From: Verrucomicrobiota bacterium
GTDB lineage: Bacteria > Verrucomicrobiota > Verrucomicrobiia > Limisphaerales > AAA164-E04
DNA: 64,000 bases
Reading direction: 5' to 3'
Assembly: GCA_047947115.1 (NCBI GenBank)
Contig: CP170459.1
Span: 5,664,001 to 5,728,000, forward strand
The notes under the pieces were generated by a model. The model did no database searches, was not told the origin of the DNA, and saw nothing but the letters and a program-made list of their open reading frames with translations. Of the stretch, positions 51,591 through 62,492 are shown one piece after another; position 1 is the first letter of the stretch; every line of letters begins with the position of its first letter. A program made the translations under genes and the position numbers.

Positions 51591-51618
51591 ATTATCGCGT
51601 CGATATCAGAGGAGTCAA
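51591..51618 (-). promoter_or_regulatory. Putative sigma70 promoter (leaderless geometry)
   Basis: Minus strand TTGACT-N16-GATAAT-N6-ATG(51584). Confidence 0.5.
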
Positions 51619-51844
51619 ATCAATCTCAGAGGCACCAAATCATTATCAGGGATAGGTTTCGTTCCTGCCTGCCCCTTGATGCCGGTTATTTGTTTGATCC
51701 CACGTTTGAAGATCTGGCGCTATGAAGCGCGATGCACCGTACCTCTCCGGGACTGGTCCGCGTTCAAAAGAAACGTACTTTTAGCTTGGTCAATTCCCCG
51801 GATTCCATCACGACAGACAGGCCAGCAATCTTGGTTTCCTTGTC

Positions 51845-51872
51845 TTGTCTTTTCTCAGGACACCCATAGCAT
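51845..51872 (+). promoter_or_regulatory. Putative sigma70 promoter (leaderless geometry)
   Basis: TTGTCT-N16-TAGCAT-N7-ATG(51880). Confidence 0.45.
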
Positions 51873-51879
51873 GAGGATC

Positions 51880-53075
51880 ATGCTCAAACGTTACCTCTCG
51901 ACATGGTGTGCTGTCATTGTGATTACAGCATCCATCGCGGTCGAAGAAAGAGGCCTCCCGGAACCGCTCAGGGGCCAAATTGTGGTGGACCCCACCATCC
52001 TGAATGGTTGCGGCGGCATGAAGGTCCTCCCGTGTTCATTTGTGGCCCCGGAGATCCGGAGGGATTCCTCTATCGTGGAACCCGATTACAGGATGGGACG
52101 CGAAAGGGGGATCAATTGCAAATCATCCGGAAAATGATCCAGCACGGAGGAAATTGCCTCTATATGCAGATCATTCGTTCCCATGGTGGAGACGGTTCCC
52201 CGGATCACAATCCTTTTGTGGATTCAAACCCAAGCCAGGGGTTGGATGAAGAGTTGCTCAATCAATGGGAGCAATGGTTCAACCTAATGGATCAACACGG
52301 CATCCTGATCTACTTGTTTTTTTACGATGACAGCGCGCGCATCTGGAACACAGGAGACAATGTCGGACCAGATGAAAAACGTTTTTTGCAGACCATTGTT
52401 CAACGTTTCCACCATTACAAAAACCTTGTCTGGATCGTGGCTGAAGAATCCGAAGAAGCCTACAGCACCGAACGTGTACAGAACATTGCGAGAACCATTC
52501 GGGAAGCTGATCCACATGATCATATCGTCGGCAATCATCATCACTCCGGCACAACATTCAAAAGCTGGAAACAAGGCGGCTACCTGAATCATTTCGCCAT
52601 CGAAGCATTCGGATCATCAAAAGGTCGATATCAAACCATCTATTCGGAAAACACCAAGGGTGAACCCACAGCCCTTTACGCTTGGCGCTGCGCAATGGGT
52701 GGACTAATGCCCATGTTGTTGGAAATGGACGTGGCAAACACTCCTGTTGAAGAACTGAAGCGCTGTCGCATCCTCCAGCACTTTTTTGAACGAACCAATT
52801 TCAACACCTTGATTCCTCATGATGAACTGGCACTCGGAGAAACAAAGTGGTTACTGGCAAACCCGGGCGAAAGTTACATCGCCTACTCAGAGAATCTCTC
52901 ACAAATCATGGACATCGCCAACATCCCCCCGGGAAACTACCATATGGAATGGGTTGACTGCGAAAGCGGAATCATGATTCGGGAATACCAACTCATCCAT
53001 TCCGGGCACACTGGTTTTAAAAAGCCGAATTTGATTGGCAAATGGTGTGCATTATGGGCTGAATGGCAACAATAA
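51880..53075 (+). pseudogene. Frameshifted exported glycoside-hydrolase-like protein (DUF4038/apiosidase-like TIM barrel plus C-terminal beta domain)
   Basis: The signal-peptide frame (MLKRYLSTWCAVIVITASIA...GQIVVDP) continues in another frame (HPEWLRRHEGPPVFICGPGDPEGFLY) at ~51990-51995. Downstream motifs NLVWIVAEE and LANPGESYIAY. Confidence 0.6.
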
Positions 53076-53167
53076 GCACTGGCTGTACGTACGATACCGA
53101 CCAAACCAACTCCATTAGCCGAGCTAATCAAAATACCCTGAAAGTTTCATGTCAGTTTTTCATTGTA

Positions 53168-53186
53168 AATGAGACGCATTCTCAAT
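53168..53186. promoter_or_regulatory. Fur-box-like palindrome upstream of the feo operon
   Basis: AATGAGACGCATTCTCAAT (TGAGA-N5-TCTCA), 20 nt upstream of feoA. Confidence 0.65.
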
Positions 53187-53206
53187 AGAGTTCAACCAAG
53201 GTAAAG

Positions 53207-53473
53207 ATGATGGAAGCAGCAGCAGACAGTGTCAGGTCGGAATCTTGGTTACCGTTGCCCAAAATTGGGCGAGGGCAGAAAGTCCGCGTGCAAAAACTTG
53301 AAGGCCACGAATCGGTTTGCAACCGTTTGCGGGAAATGGGTTTTTGCGAGCTGTCCGAAGTCAAAATCCTGAATAACAGCGGTGCCATGCTGTGTCAGGT
53401 GTGCGGCACCAAAGTTTGCCTGAGCCGACAGGTCGCCGATTCCATCCTTGTTGAACCATCCACCTGCTGCTAG
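53207..53473 (+). CDS. feoA: Ferrous iron transport protein A (Cys-rich copy)
   Basis: SH3-like FeoA pattern RLREMGF...V...L...A..I.V; first gene of the feo cluster. Confidence 0.8.
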   Translation: MMEAAADSVRSESWLPLPKIGRGQKVRVQKLEGHESVCNRLREMGFCELSEVKILNNSGAMLCQVCGTKVCLSRQVADSILVEPSTCC

Positions 53474-53484
53474 GGCGCCTTTCC

Positions 53485-53721
53485 ATGTCCCAACCAACCC
53501 GCTTAAGCGATTTGGAGCAGGGAAGTTCCGCTGTCATCGAGTCCATTCCCACCGGAAACGCCTCACTGACCCGACTTCGCGAACTTGGCCTGTTGCCCGG
53601 CACCCGCATCCAATTGATACGCAGGGCTCCCATGGGGGATCCCATCGAAATATCCGTGCGGGGTTCTTTGATTTCTCTGCGAAAAAAAGAGGCCGAACTG
53701 ATTAAAATTCAGACTATCTGA
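53485..53721 (+). CDS. feoA: Ferrous iron transport protein A
   Basis: RLRELGLLPG, APMGDPIEI.VRG...SLRKKEA. Confidence 0.93.
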   Translation: MSQPTRLSDLEQGSSAVIESIPTGNASLTRLRELGLLPGTRIQLIRRAPMGDPIEISVRGSLISLRKKEAELIKIQTI

Positions 53722-53744
53722 TCTATTTTGCAGCAATAAACACC

Positions 53745-55847
53745 ATGTCCACAAACGAGGTCAAATCATCAAAAAAACCCGAAAGGGATATGACCTTTGC
53801 TTTGGTCGGTAATCCAAACTGTGGAAAGACCACCCTGTTCAACGCCCTCACGGGCTTGAAACAAAAGGTCGGCAACTACCCAGGCGTCACGGTTGAGCGC
53901 AAGGAAGGTGAATGCTTTTTACCGCATGGAGAAAAAGTCCGGATCATTGATCTGCCCGGAGCCTACAGTCTCAACGCCCGTTCGCCCGATGAAGCGGTCC
54001 TGCGTGATGTATTGTTAGGCAGGCGCAAGGACACGCCGCGCCCGGACCGAATCATTATTGTGCTGGACGCAAGCAATCTCGAACGCCACCTCTACCTGTC
54101 CACGCAGATACTGGAACTGGGCATCCCCTGCATCCTGGCCTTGAACATGATGGATATCGTGGCGGAACAAGGAGTCGAAATCGATGTGGACAACTTGTCG
54201 AAATCTTTCGGAGGCATTCCAGTGATTCCGATGCAGGCGAGCCACCGCAAGGGTCTGGTCGAGATCAAGCACTGCATGAGCAAACCGGAGATCCCGGCCC
54301 CCAAGTTCAAAGTCGCCATTCCCGAAGAAATCAACGATGGCCTGGAAAAATCCTGGAAGCGTCTGCGGGAATCGGGAGTTCTGGCAAATGAAAGTTCCCT
54401 TCTGGAACCACTTTACCTCCTGTCGGATCGTGACCCAACCCATTACGGCATCCAGGACAAGCAACTGGATGCCATTCAAGACACCCGCAAGGAACTGGCC
54501 GAAAAATTTCCCGGATGGGAAGACAAACTGGTGGCCGCTCGTTATGACGCCATTTACGTCGTCACGCAGAGAACCATACAGCGTCCTGACGAAAACGACG
54601 CCACCCTGACCGACAAGCTGGACGCCGTCTTCCTTCATCCTGTTTGGGGGTGGGTGACTTTGCTGGTGATACTGGGCGTGTTGTTCACCATGATATTCAA
54701 AGTGGCCGACGGCCCCATGGGCTGGATCGAAAGCTTCTTTGAATGGTGCGGAACCTGGGTGTCCGGTCGCATGGCCGAGGGCGATTTGCGCGACTTGATC
54801 GTGGACGGTGTGATTGCCGGTGTGGGAGGCGTTGTGATTTTTCTACCACAGATTTTGATTCTATTCTTCTTTATCGGGATGATGGAAGACACCGGCTACA
54901 TGGCGCGCATTGCATTCATGATGGACCGTTTGATGAGCCGTGTGGGTTTGAATGGTAAATCTTTCCTTCCCCTGCTCAGTTCGCACGCCTGCGCCGTGCC
55001 GGGAGTCATGGCCACAAGAACGATTGACAATCCCAAAGATCGATTGATCACCATTTTGGTGTCCCCTCTGGCTGGATGCTCGGCTCGGTTGCCGGTTTAT
55101 TTGTTGATGATTGCCACCATGATCCCGTCGGACGAGGTGCCAGCCATGACCAAAGCCCTGTTTCTTTTGTCAATGTATGCACTCGGGGTCGGAGGGGCTT
55201 TCTTCTTCGCCTGGTTGTTCCACAAACAACTCCTGAAAGGTGAAGGCGCTCCAATGATTCTGGAATTACCGAGTTACAAGTCTCCGGCCCTGACAGCGGT
55301 CCTGTGGCAAATGTGGGAGCGCACCCGCATCTTTATCCGACGTGCGGGAACGGTGATTCTCGGAATCTCGATCCTGCTTTGGTTCGCGGTGACCTACCCC
55401 AAATCGGACAACCCCGATCCATCCGTCGCAATGGAACAAAGCATCGCCGGCAAAGTCGGCAAGATTATTGAACCGGTCATTCAACCCATGGGCTACGACT
55501 GGAAGATCGGGATTGGCCTGATCGCATCCTTTGCCGCACGGGAAGTGTTTGTCAGCACCATGTCCATCATCTATTCGGTGGAAGAAACCGAGGAAATCGA
55601 ACCCCTTCGCGACCGCTTGCGAGCGGAGAAGCGGCCCGATGGCAGGCCTGTTTACACTCCAAGGACATGTCTGAGTTTGATGGTTTTTTACGTCTTCGCC
55701 ATGCAGTGTCTAAGCACCGTTGCAGTGGTCAAACGGGAAACCAATGGCTGGAAGTGGCCCTTGTTCCAAATCGCCTACATGACCCTGACAGCTTGTCTTG
55801 GCGCATTTTTGGTTTACCAAATTGGCGGTATGATGGGACAACTTTGA
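53745..55847 (+). CDS. feoB: Ferrous iron transport protein B
   Basis: GNPNCGKT, VGNYPGVTVE, DLPGAYS, NMMD, EDTGYMAR, CAVPG, CSARLPVY, AREVFVST. Confidence 0.97.
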   Translation: MSTNEVKSSKKPERDMTFALVGNPNCGKTTLFNALTGLKQKVGNYPGVTVERKEGECFLPHGEKVRIIDLPGAYSLNARSPDEAVLRDVLLGRRKDTPRPDRIIIVLDASNLERHLYLSTQILELGIPCILALNMMDIVAEQGVEIDVDNLSKSFGGIPVIPMQASHRKGLVEIKHCMSKPEIPAPKFKVAIPEEINDGLEKSWKRLRESGVLANESSLLEPLYLLSDRDPTHYGIQDKQLDAIQDTRKELAEKFPGWEDKLVAARYDAIYVVTQRTIQRPDENDATLTDKLDAVFLHPVWGWVTLLVILGVLFTMIFKVADGPMGWIESFFEWCGTWVSGRMAEGDLRDLIVDGVIAGVGGVVIFLPQILILFFFIGMMEDTGYMARIAFMMDRLMSRVGLNGKSFLPLLSSHACAVPGVMATRTIDNPKDRLITILVSPLAGCSARLPVYLLMIATMIPSDEVPAMTKALFLLSMYALGVGGAFFFAWLFHKQLLKGEGAPMILELPSYKSPALTAVLWQMWERTRIFIRRAGTVILGISILLWFAVTYPKSDNPDPSVAMEQSIAGKVGKIIEPVIQPMGYDWKIGIGLIASFAAREVFVSTMSIIYSVEETEEIEPLRDRLRAEKRPDGRPVYTPRTCLSLMVFYVFAMQCLSTVAVVKRETNGWKWPLFQIAYMTLTACLGAFLVYQIGGMMGQL

Positions 55848-55852
55848 AATAA

Positions 55853-56038
55853 ATGAATGAAGAGCAGCAAAGCATCATCGCCCTCCTGATCGTGGCCATC
55901 ACTGCGCTGGTCTTTCTGTTTCGCTACCTCAGGCAAAGACGAACAGGAGGCTGTTCGACGGGGTGTGGATGTTCCATTTCAAAACCCACGGTTCAAAAGA
56001 ACTCGAGACAGCTCTCCACCAAAGGCATTCATCAATAG
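55853..56038 (+). CDS. FeoB-associated Cys-rich small membrane protein
   Basis: TM helix followed by GGCSTGCGC, directly after feoB. Confidence 0.75.
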   Translation: MNEEQQSIIALLIVAITALVFLFRYLRQRRTGGCSTGCGCSISKPTVQKNSRQLSTKGIHQ

Positions 56039-56200
56039 CACGCCAAACCCTTGTATTAAAAGCCTTGCCCGCATGCCAGTGTACTGCTGCGGAAGGGCAA
56101 TTTCCTGCAACAAACTGAAAAAAAACACTGCAGAATCCTAGCCCTTCCATTTCCAAAAATATGCTGGTAATCAAATGCAACTTGAAAGAGGATTCGCAAC

Positions 56201-56632
56201 ATGCCAGCCAGACATCTGACGCCTTACCTGTTCTTCAGCGGTCGATGTGAAGAGGCGATCACGTTCTACCGGAAAGCCCTTGGGGCTGAGGTAGAGGTGC
56301 TCATGTATCACCGTGACAGTCCCTCACCCCACCCACCGGGCATGTTGCAGGAAGGTTTCGAAAACAAAGTGATGCATGCCACCTTACTTATCGGAGAAAC
56401 AACCCTACAAGCTTCCGACGGATGCGATGATCAGGGGACATTTGATGGATTTCGTTTGTCCCTTGCTTTTGATACCGAAGAAGAAGCGAAGGCTATATTT
56501 GAATCCTTGTCAGAAGGAGGCGAAGTTCAAATGCCAATCACAAAGACCTTTTGGTCTGAATGCTTCGGTATGTTGACTGATCAATTTGGCGTTGCATGGA
56601 TGATCACCGTTCACGCTGAACATCAGCCCTGA
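56201..56632 (+). CDS. VOC/PhnB-family protein
   Basis: [39 protein letters not shown]. Confidence 0.92.
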   Translation: MPARHLTPYLFFSGRCEEAITFYRKALGAEVEVLMYHRDSPSPHPPGMLQEGFENKVMHATLLIGETTLQASDGCDDQGTFDGFRLSLAFDTEEEAKAIFESLSEGGEVQMPITKTFWSECFGMLTDQFGVAWMITVHAEHQP

Positions 56633-58409
56633 GATGTTTGATCAAAATGCCAATCGCAAACGACCAAATGAACACCGCCAAAAGACTTCCCAAATTGAAC
56701 CACCCCTTTTGCGAGTGCCATACAATGGCATATCCCAAAGCTCCGGGTAAAAGTGCATAGTAGACGAATGCCGGAAGTGTTTTCCGAATCACCTCTCCTT
56801 CTCTTCCCAGCAATCCCACCACCGCAGAAGCCGCCACCACATTGTGCACGCAAATGATGTTGCCCGCCGCTCCGCCAACAGCTTGAAGAGCCACAATCCA
56901 GATCGGGTCCACCCCAATGCGCTGCCCGACTCCAAATTGAAAGAGACTGAACGTCATATTGCTGACCGTATTACTGCCCGCAACAAAAGCGCCAAAACCG
57001 CCAATCAATGGAGCAAACAAGGGCCAGGCCCCTCCCGCCACCTGTGCGATGCCTTCCGCCAGAGCATTCGGCATCTTGGCATATTCGGCAAGGCCTCCCT
57101 GCGAGTTGAGGAAGACCTGAACCATCGGCACTGTAAACACCAAAGCCACAGACGCCTTGCAAACGGTCCCGACAGAATCTTTCCAGGCACGTCGATATCC
57201 CTGCGCCGTCATGCCGTGCAGTGCGAAGGTTGCCAACGATACAACCAGAAAAATAGTTCCGGGCAGATAAAGAGGCTCGACCGAAGCGGCAATACCGGTT
57301 CCAAAGATTTCCTTCCATTCAAGCTTCACACTGCGCAGCCACCCCACAAAGGGAAGCGCCTTCAATCGGGTCAACACCAGCAATCCTGCCACCAACAAGT
57401 AGGGAAACCATGCTTTCCACATGGGCATTGGTTTCTGGTTTGGGTCAGTCTGATCTTTAACCTCGATCAGGCCGTTCCATTCAGGCTCCCAGGTATCCTT
57501 TGGGCCAAACTCCCATGGGTTGGACCGGTCAGGCATCAACCAGCCACGGCGTGCCACGGTCACCATGATGGCCAGCCCAATCAATGACCCAAAAAGAGAA
57601 GGAAACTCCGGACCAAGAAAAATAGCCACCAAGGTATAAGGAACCGTCATGGCAAGCGAGGCAGCCAAAGCAAAACGCCAGCATTGGAGTCCAGGTCGGA
57701 GCGAACGTTCCGGACCAAAAAAACGTGTCAACAAACTGACCAGAAACAGCGGGATCAACGCGCCGGCAATGGCATGCAACAAGGCAACACGCCACCCGAT
57801 CTGTACGAGCAACGCATATAAATCAAGATCACCATTCTCCTGAACAAATCCTTGAGCGATGGCCCAGTCAGCCACCACGGGATCACCTGCCAAACCTGTT
57901 TGCACCCCCACCAGTATCGGGGTCCCCAAAGCGCCAAAAGAAACGGGCGTGCTCTGAATGATCATGCCGGAAACCACCGCCGCCATTGCCGGAAACCCCA
58001 AACCAACCAACAAGGGAACCGCCACGGCCGCGGGCGTGCCAAACCCCGCGGAACCTTCTATGAACGAACCAAACAACCAGGCAATGATAATCACCTGGAT
58101 CCTGCGATCGGGAGAAATGGAAGTAAAACCATCCCGGATCGTCCGGATCGCCCCGCTTTCCTGCATTGTGTTGAGGAGAAGAATCGCTCCAAAAATGATG
58201 TAAAGCAGTGAAGCTGCAACAATCAAGCCTTTGACCGATGCGGCAGCAACCTGGGACACACTGATCTTCCAAACCAATAGAGCCAAGCCCGCCGAGGTAA
58301 GGTAAGAAAGCGGCATGGCGCGGCTTGCAGGCCATCGCATGACTACCAGAAACACCATCACCACCAGGATGGGTAAAAACGAAAGCAGAGCGAGCAGACC
58401 GGTTCCCAT
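56604..58409 (-). CDS. lctP: L-lactate permease
   Basis: [50 protein letters not shown]. Its 3' end overlaps the convergent VOC gene by 29 nt. Confidence 0.92.
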   Translation of the reverse strand: MGTGLLALLSFLPILVVMVFLVVMRWPASRAMPLSYLTSAGLALLVWKISVSQVAAASVKGLIVAASLLYIIFGAILLLNTMQESGAIRTIRDGFTSISPDRRIQVIIIAWLFGSFIEGSAGFGTPAAVAVPLLVGLGFPAMAAVVSGMIIQSTPVSFGALGTPILVGVQTGLAGDPVVADWAIAQGFVQENGDLDLYALLVQIGWRVALLHAIAGALIPLFLVSLLTRFFGPERSLRPGLQCWRFALAASLAMTVPYTLVAIFLGPEFPSLFGSLIGLAIMVTVARRGWLMPDRSNPWEFGPKDTWEPEWNGLIEVKDQTDPNQKPMPMWKAWFPYLLVAGLLVLTRLKALPFVGWLRSVKLEWKEIFGTGIAASVEPLYLPGTIFLVVSLATFALHGMTAQGYRRAWKDSVGTVCKASVALVFTVPMVQVFLNSQGGLAEYAKMPNALAEGIAQVAGGAWPLFAPLIGGFGAFVAGSNTVSNMTFSLFQFGVGQRIGVDPIWIVALQAVGGAAGNIICVHNVVAASAVVGLLGREGEVIRKTLPAFVYYALLPGALGYAIVWHSQKGWFNLGSLLAVFIWSFAIGILIKHLRADVQRER

Positions 58410-58583
58410 AGCATTTAATCAGTCAAAAAACTTCAAAGGGTTCAGCACCAGACGATGAAGAAAAACACCTGGATGTTCAATGCAAAGTTCCCCACTCCCT
58501 TCAATTGGATCATCATCCCCTTCAACTTTCTGAACAAAAAAATGCCCGGTTTTGGCATTCCATGAATGGGGTGGTGCCGAATA

Positions 58584-61500
58584 TTATTGTTCAAGGCGTT
58601 CACCAAACTGCACTTGGAATCTGCGATAGGATGCGCCGGCATCAAATGATGCTTTGTCCATGTGATCGTGAATTTGGATCCCGAATTGAAGTCGAAAAAC
58701 GTCACCTGCCGACACCACTGTTTTCTTATCGCGATTCGGAGCCTTATCCACCGGGAATGGATTGGCAACCAGCACACCATAGTCCCTGCTGTGCGCCCAA
58801 ACTTCCGGATTCACGGAACCGGACATGATTTGTATACCTGCGAAATGCCCTTCAATGGTTCCGGCATAATCCCACCAGCGATCCACTTTGCCCCATGTCC
58901 CCTTTTCATTGACCCCTCCCTGCTCGTTCAAGATGCGTCCATCACCGGTTTTGACGACAATCGGTGTGGCCACACGCATGGTCAACCCCATCTCTTCCTT
59001 GACGCCAAAGTAGAAATCCTGATCACTGGAAAACCTTGAATCCATAACAATCAAATACCCGTCTGTGTTGGGGACAATGGTATATCGTGTGGATTCCACA
59101 CATATCCGGCGCCCATCACCATCCAGGTATTCCTGCTGCGTGGAAAAAGCCAGAGATCCACCCTCACTCACCACATCACGATACCCCAGATGACGCACTC
59201 GTCCCTCGCGGTTGTGCCAGAAATTAACTCCATTCAAAACGGCAAACCCCATCGATAAACCCGGATGCAAATGAGCGTGATCCATGGCGTCCACACCTTC
59301 AACAGGTGGGTAAGCACGTGTCACCTGACGTCCCGTCGGCGTTTTGACATGTGCCCAGAAGGGTCGATGCACATCCGAATGCTGATGATAATAGCGGGCC
59401 AAAGTCACTTCGCCCTGCATCAAAGCAATACCATCCTGATGGACGCTCAAGGTCATAGGATGCTTGGAAGAGTGCGTATCCACGCCTGTCGAGGATGCTC
59501 TTGGCTGCCCCTTCTGGTTAGCAACTTCAATCTGCAGCAAATAAGCCACCAGATCCGCCACTTGTTGTGATGATAAAATGGCACCCAATCCCCCCGGCAT
59601 GGCGGAAGTTTCCGATCCGGTGCGTCGTTCAATATCAGCCTTGGCAATATCCACGGTCACACCCGCGGCATTCGCCAATACGATGGATCTGCCAGATTCA
59701 CCCACCACCAAACCTTCGTGGATTTCTCCATCTTTGGTTTCAACAATCTGGGAAGCGAATCCTTCGGTAATTTCGGCGCTCGGATCCAGAATGGATCGTG
59801 CGATCATCTCCGGAGTTGCCCGGGATCCAATGTCGGAAAGATCGGGTGCAAACACATTTCCGTTTCCTTCCAACTGATGACAGGCCATGCAATTCGCCGC
59901 AAGCGCACTGTGAAACAACGCTCTACCTCGCATGGCTGAGGCGGTTTCCATGGAAGCCAACACCAGTGGGACCGTGGCTTCAACTTTCTGGCGAGCGAGA
60001 TAATGAGGTTCTATGATAACGATATAAGAAGCTTTGGGAGACCGATTCCTCTGATTGTTGGACCCCAACTTCACCATTCCTGCTGGGAAATCCGCGCGAT
60101 AAACCCTGTATCGGGCGTCATGTGTCTTAAGATACATACCCGTCACCTCAAACTTGTCCTCCAACCAGAGAGGTGGCCGATCTCCCCGGACGTCGTCGGC
60201 GACATAAACAGTGGATGGAAACAAAAGCTCGAAATCCATCCCCCCGCCTTGTCGAGCTTCCGCGTCATTGTTTGCTGAACGAATGAAAGCATGACCTTCC
60301 AACTCCTCGGGGATCTCTACCAGTTGATAAGACCGATCCGTATAGGCGGCGTTGCCATTGGCCAAAATATCTTGTTGGTAGGTACGACCGGATTCAGCGC
60401 TTAATTTTTGAATCACTTGCACCAATAACACCTGCGCCGAACCGGATGCATCTTTGACATGTGTTTCCTTATCGTTCTCGCGTGCCATTCCCGACAAGGC
60501 GGGCCCCTTGATGACAGGAATGGCGCGACCGCTCAACCTTTTTTGAGCAAGAAACGATGTCATGGCATCCGGATCGCCCTCCATCGCTCGTATCTCATCA
60601 TCATCCAAATGATTATCCTCCAACAAACTCAGCAACGCCGCCCGCCGCACCGGCGCCGATGCGTGACGCAACAGTTCCTTTTGTTCTGAAACGGAGAGCA
60701 AATCGCGCAAGGCCTGCCAGGCGGAATAGTAAACCAAACGATCCTCTTCCCTCTCGATCATGCGAAGTAATTCCTTGTTCCAACGCCGGTCGAGAACCTG
60801 ATGCAAGCCCATCACCGTTTCCTGCCTCAAACGGGCATCCCCATCACTTAAACCGGCAACTGCGAAGTCTGCCAACTCTCGGGACGCACGCTCACGCGCC
60901 TGAAACGCAACGATACGCAACGTTTGAAGCCTTCGATTGAACGATTTGTTCCACTGGTCGGCAAAGAACTCGTTCAATTCCACTACAGTCACACCGATGC
61001 GCCCCAAGGTCCAAAGTATCCAAGTCTCCCCGGCAGCACCTGGCGCGGATTGTTCCAATCCTCTTTTTAAATTCGAAACTGCTTCCTCCCCGCGCCTCAC
61101 CAATTCATCCTGCGCATTGATGCGTCTCACCGGAAGGCGACTGCTCAAATCCTGGATCAACGAATCAACCGACCGACTCCTAATGGGTTGATGGCCCTGA
61201 CGGGGAAGCTGCAATCCGGGTTGCAATGATTTTGGCCTGAGCTTGTAAATACGCCCTTCATTCACCATCTCCCCATTCTCAAAGACAGAGCCGTATTCAC
61301 GCCCCCAACTCGAAACATAAATCGCGCCATCCAGACCGATTTCAATGTCTACCGGATCAAAACTCCTGCCGGTACTACCATCCATCGAGCGCCCTCCGCC
61401 TGCGCTGGCCAGCGTTTCCATCGATTCATTCAGCGGCCTCATCCATGCCCCTTTCCATTGCGGGCGGTAAACATATATTTCACGTTTTAGCCAATCATTG

Positions 61501-62486
61501 ATAAGAAAGGTTCGATTGATCCAGTCAGGGTACCCTTCAATATCACAAAAAATCACACCCGTCCCCGATCCTTCAAAAAGTGGTCCCGCTGAAGGAGCCG
61601 ATGGTAAATGATCATCACCCAGCCAGTCATAACTCCAGGGGTGGCCCCAACCAAAATTTGCGCTGAAAAAGGGAGAAAAGATTTTGTCACCAAGGTTTTG
61701 ATCATTATCCGTTCCCAACCAATTGAACTGTGAGTCGAACGTCATGTCCCAGGGATTACGGTTACCTCGCGATACAATTTCCAGACCGGACCCATCCGGT
61801 CGACAACGAAGTACTCCGCCATTTAATCCCCAGTCATCAGATGGATGGTGAAAGGTATTTTTGTATGTGTCGCGTGTGAACAAAACCGGAGGAGGAAAAT
61901 CCGGTGTACCCTCTGGAGCTTTCATCCCCCACAGATCGCGGAATGCCTTGGGCGCCACACGATCGGGAGCTTGATTCAGCCCCTTGGAGTTGCCCTTGGA
62001 CATGTAGAGTTTCCCGTCGGGTGCCCAATTCAGTCCATGAATGCCGTGCTCGATATTACCCAAGTCAGTGTACAGACGGAGGTATTCATCCGCTTCATCA
62101 TCTCCGTCAACATCGCGCAGAACGGTCAGATCCGGGGCATTGGCCACCCAAAGCTGATCCCCGTGCCAGGTCATGCCCTGGATATTATTGAAGCCCCGCG
62201 CAAACTCCTTTCTTTGATCCGCTTGTCCATCATTATCGGAGTCAATCAGGATAAAAACTTTATCGCCTTCTGTTTCAGGAGTCGGCCGGCGATACTGGGG
62301 GCCCATACCAACAAACAAACGGCCTTTTTCATCGAAAGTGATGGCACAAGGATTTCGCACCAAAGGATCCCGTGCGAACAGGCTTACCTCGAAATCATCG
62401 GAGACCACTGGGAAATCAGCATCCTGACCATACACCGTACAAGCACACAGGCACAAGCCGATCAAACCGCGGAAGGTGGAGTTCAT
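58584..62486 (-). CDS. PVC-type heme-binding dehydrogenase (beta-propeller + HEAT-like + CxxCH) fused to a C-terminal DUF6807-like domain
   Basis: FARDPLVRNP, DSDNDGQAD, HGLNWAPDG, GNRNPW, CMACH, SILDPS, SAMP; C-terminal HAHLHPGL...NFWH...HSRDYGVLVANPF. Confidence 0.85.
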   Translation of the reverse strand: MNSTFRGLIGLCLCACTVYGQDADFPVVSDDFEVSLFARDPLVRNPCAITFDEKGRLFVGMGPQYRRPTPETEGDKVFILIDSDNDGQADQRKEFARGFNNIQGMTWHGDQLWVANAPDLTVLRDVDGDDEADEYLRLYTDLGNIEHGIHGLNWAPDGKLYMSKGNSKGLNQAPDRVAPKAFRDLWGMKAPEGTPDFPPPVLFTRDTYKNTFHHPSDDWGLNGGVLRCRPDGSGLEIVSRGNRNPWDMTFDSQFNWLGTDNDQNLGDKIFSPFFSANFGWGHPWSYDWLGDDHLPSAPSAGPLFEGSGTGVIFCDIEGYPDWINRTFLINDWLKREIYVYRPQWKGAWMRPLNESMETLASAGGGRSMDGSTGRSFDPVDIEIGLDGAIYVSSWGREYGSVFENGEMVNEGRIYKLRPKSLQPGLQLPRQGHQPIRSRSVDSLIQDLSSRLPVRRINAQDELVRRGEEAVSNLKRGLEQSAPGAAGETWILWTLGRIGVTVVELNEFFADQWNKSFNRRLQTLRIVAFQARERASRELADFAVAGLSDGDARLRQETVMGLHQVLDRRWNKELLRMIEREEDRLVYYSAWQALRDLLSVSEQKELLRHASAPVRRAALLSLLEDNHLDDDEIRAMEGDPDAMTSFLAQKRLSGRAIPVIKGPALSGMARENDKETHVKDASGSAQVLLVQVIQKLSAESGRTYQQDILANGNAAYTDRSYQLVEIPEELEGHAFIRSANNDAEARQGGGMDFELLFPSTVYVADDVRGDRPPLWLEDKFEVTGMYLKTHDARYRVYRADFPAGMVKLGSNNQRNRSPKASYIVIIEPHYLARQKVEATVPLVLASMETASAMRGRALFHSALAANCMACHQLEGNGNVFAPDLSDIGSRATPEMIARSILDPSAEITEGFASQIVETKDGEIHEGLVVGESGRSIVLANAAGVTVDIAKADIERRTGSETSAMPGGLGAILSSQQVADLVAYLLQIEVANQKGQPRASSTGVDTHSSKHPMTLSVHQDGIALMQGEVTLARYYHQHSDVHRPFWAHVKTPTGRQVTRAYPPVEGVDAMDHAHLHPGLSMGFAVLNGVNFWHNREGRVRHLGYRDVVSEGGSLAFSTQQEYLDGDGRRICVESTRYTIVPNTDGYLIVMDSRFSSDQDFYFGVKEEMGLTMRVATPIVVKTGDGRILNEQGGVNEKGTWGKVDRWWDYAGTIEGHFAGIQIMSGSVNPEVWAHSRDYGVLVANPFPVDKAPNRDKKTVVSAGDVFRLQFGIQIHDHMDKASFDAGASYRRFQVQFGERLEQ

Positions 62487-62492
62487 GCAAAA

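Noticed and set aside
58584..59460. C-terminal domain sometimes labelled 'methane oxygenase PmoA' in databases
   Set aside because: It is a soluble beta-rich domain, unlike the membrane pMMO subunit, and pmoB/pmoC are absent. No evidence for methanotrophy.
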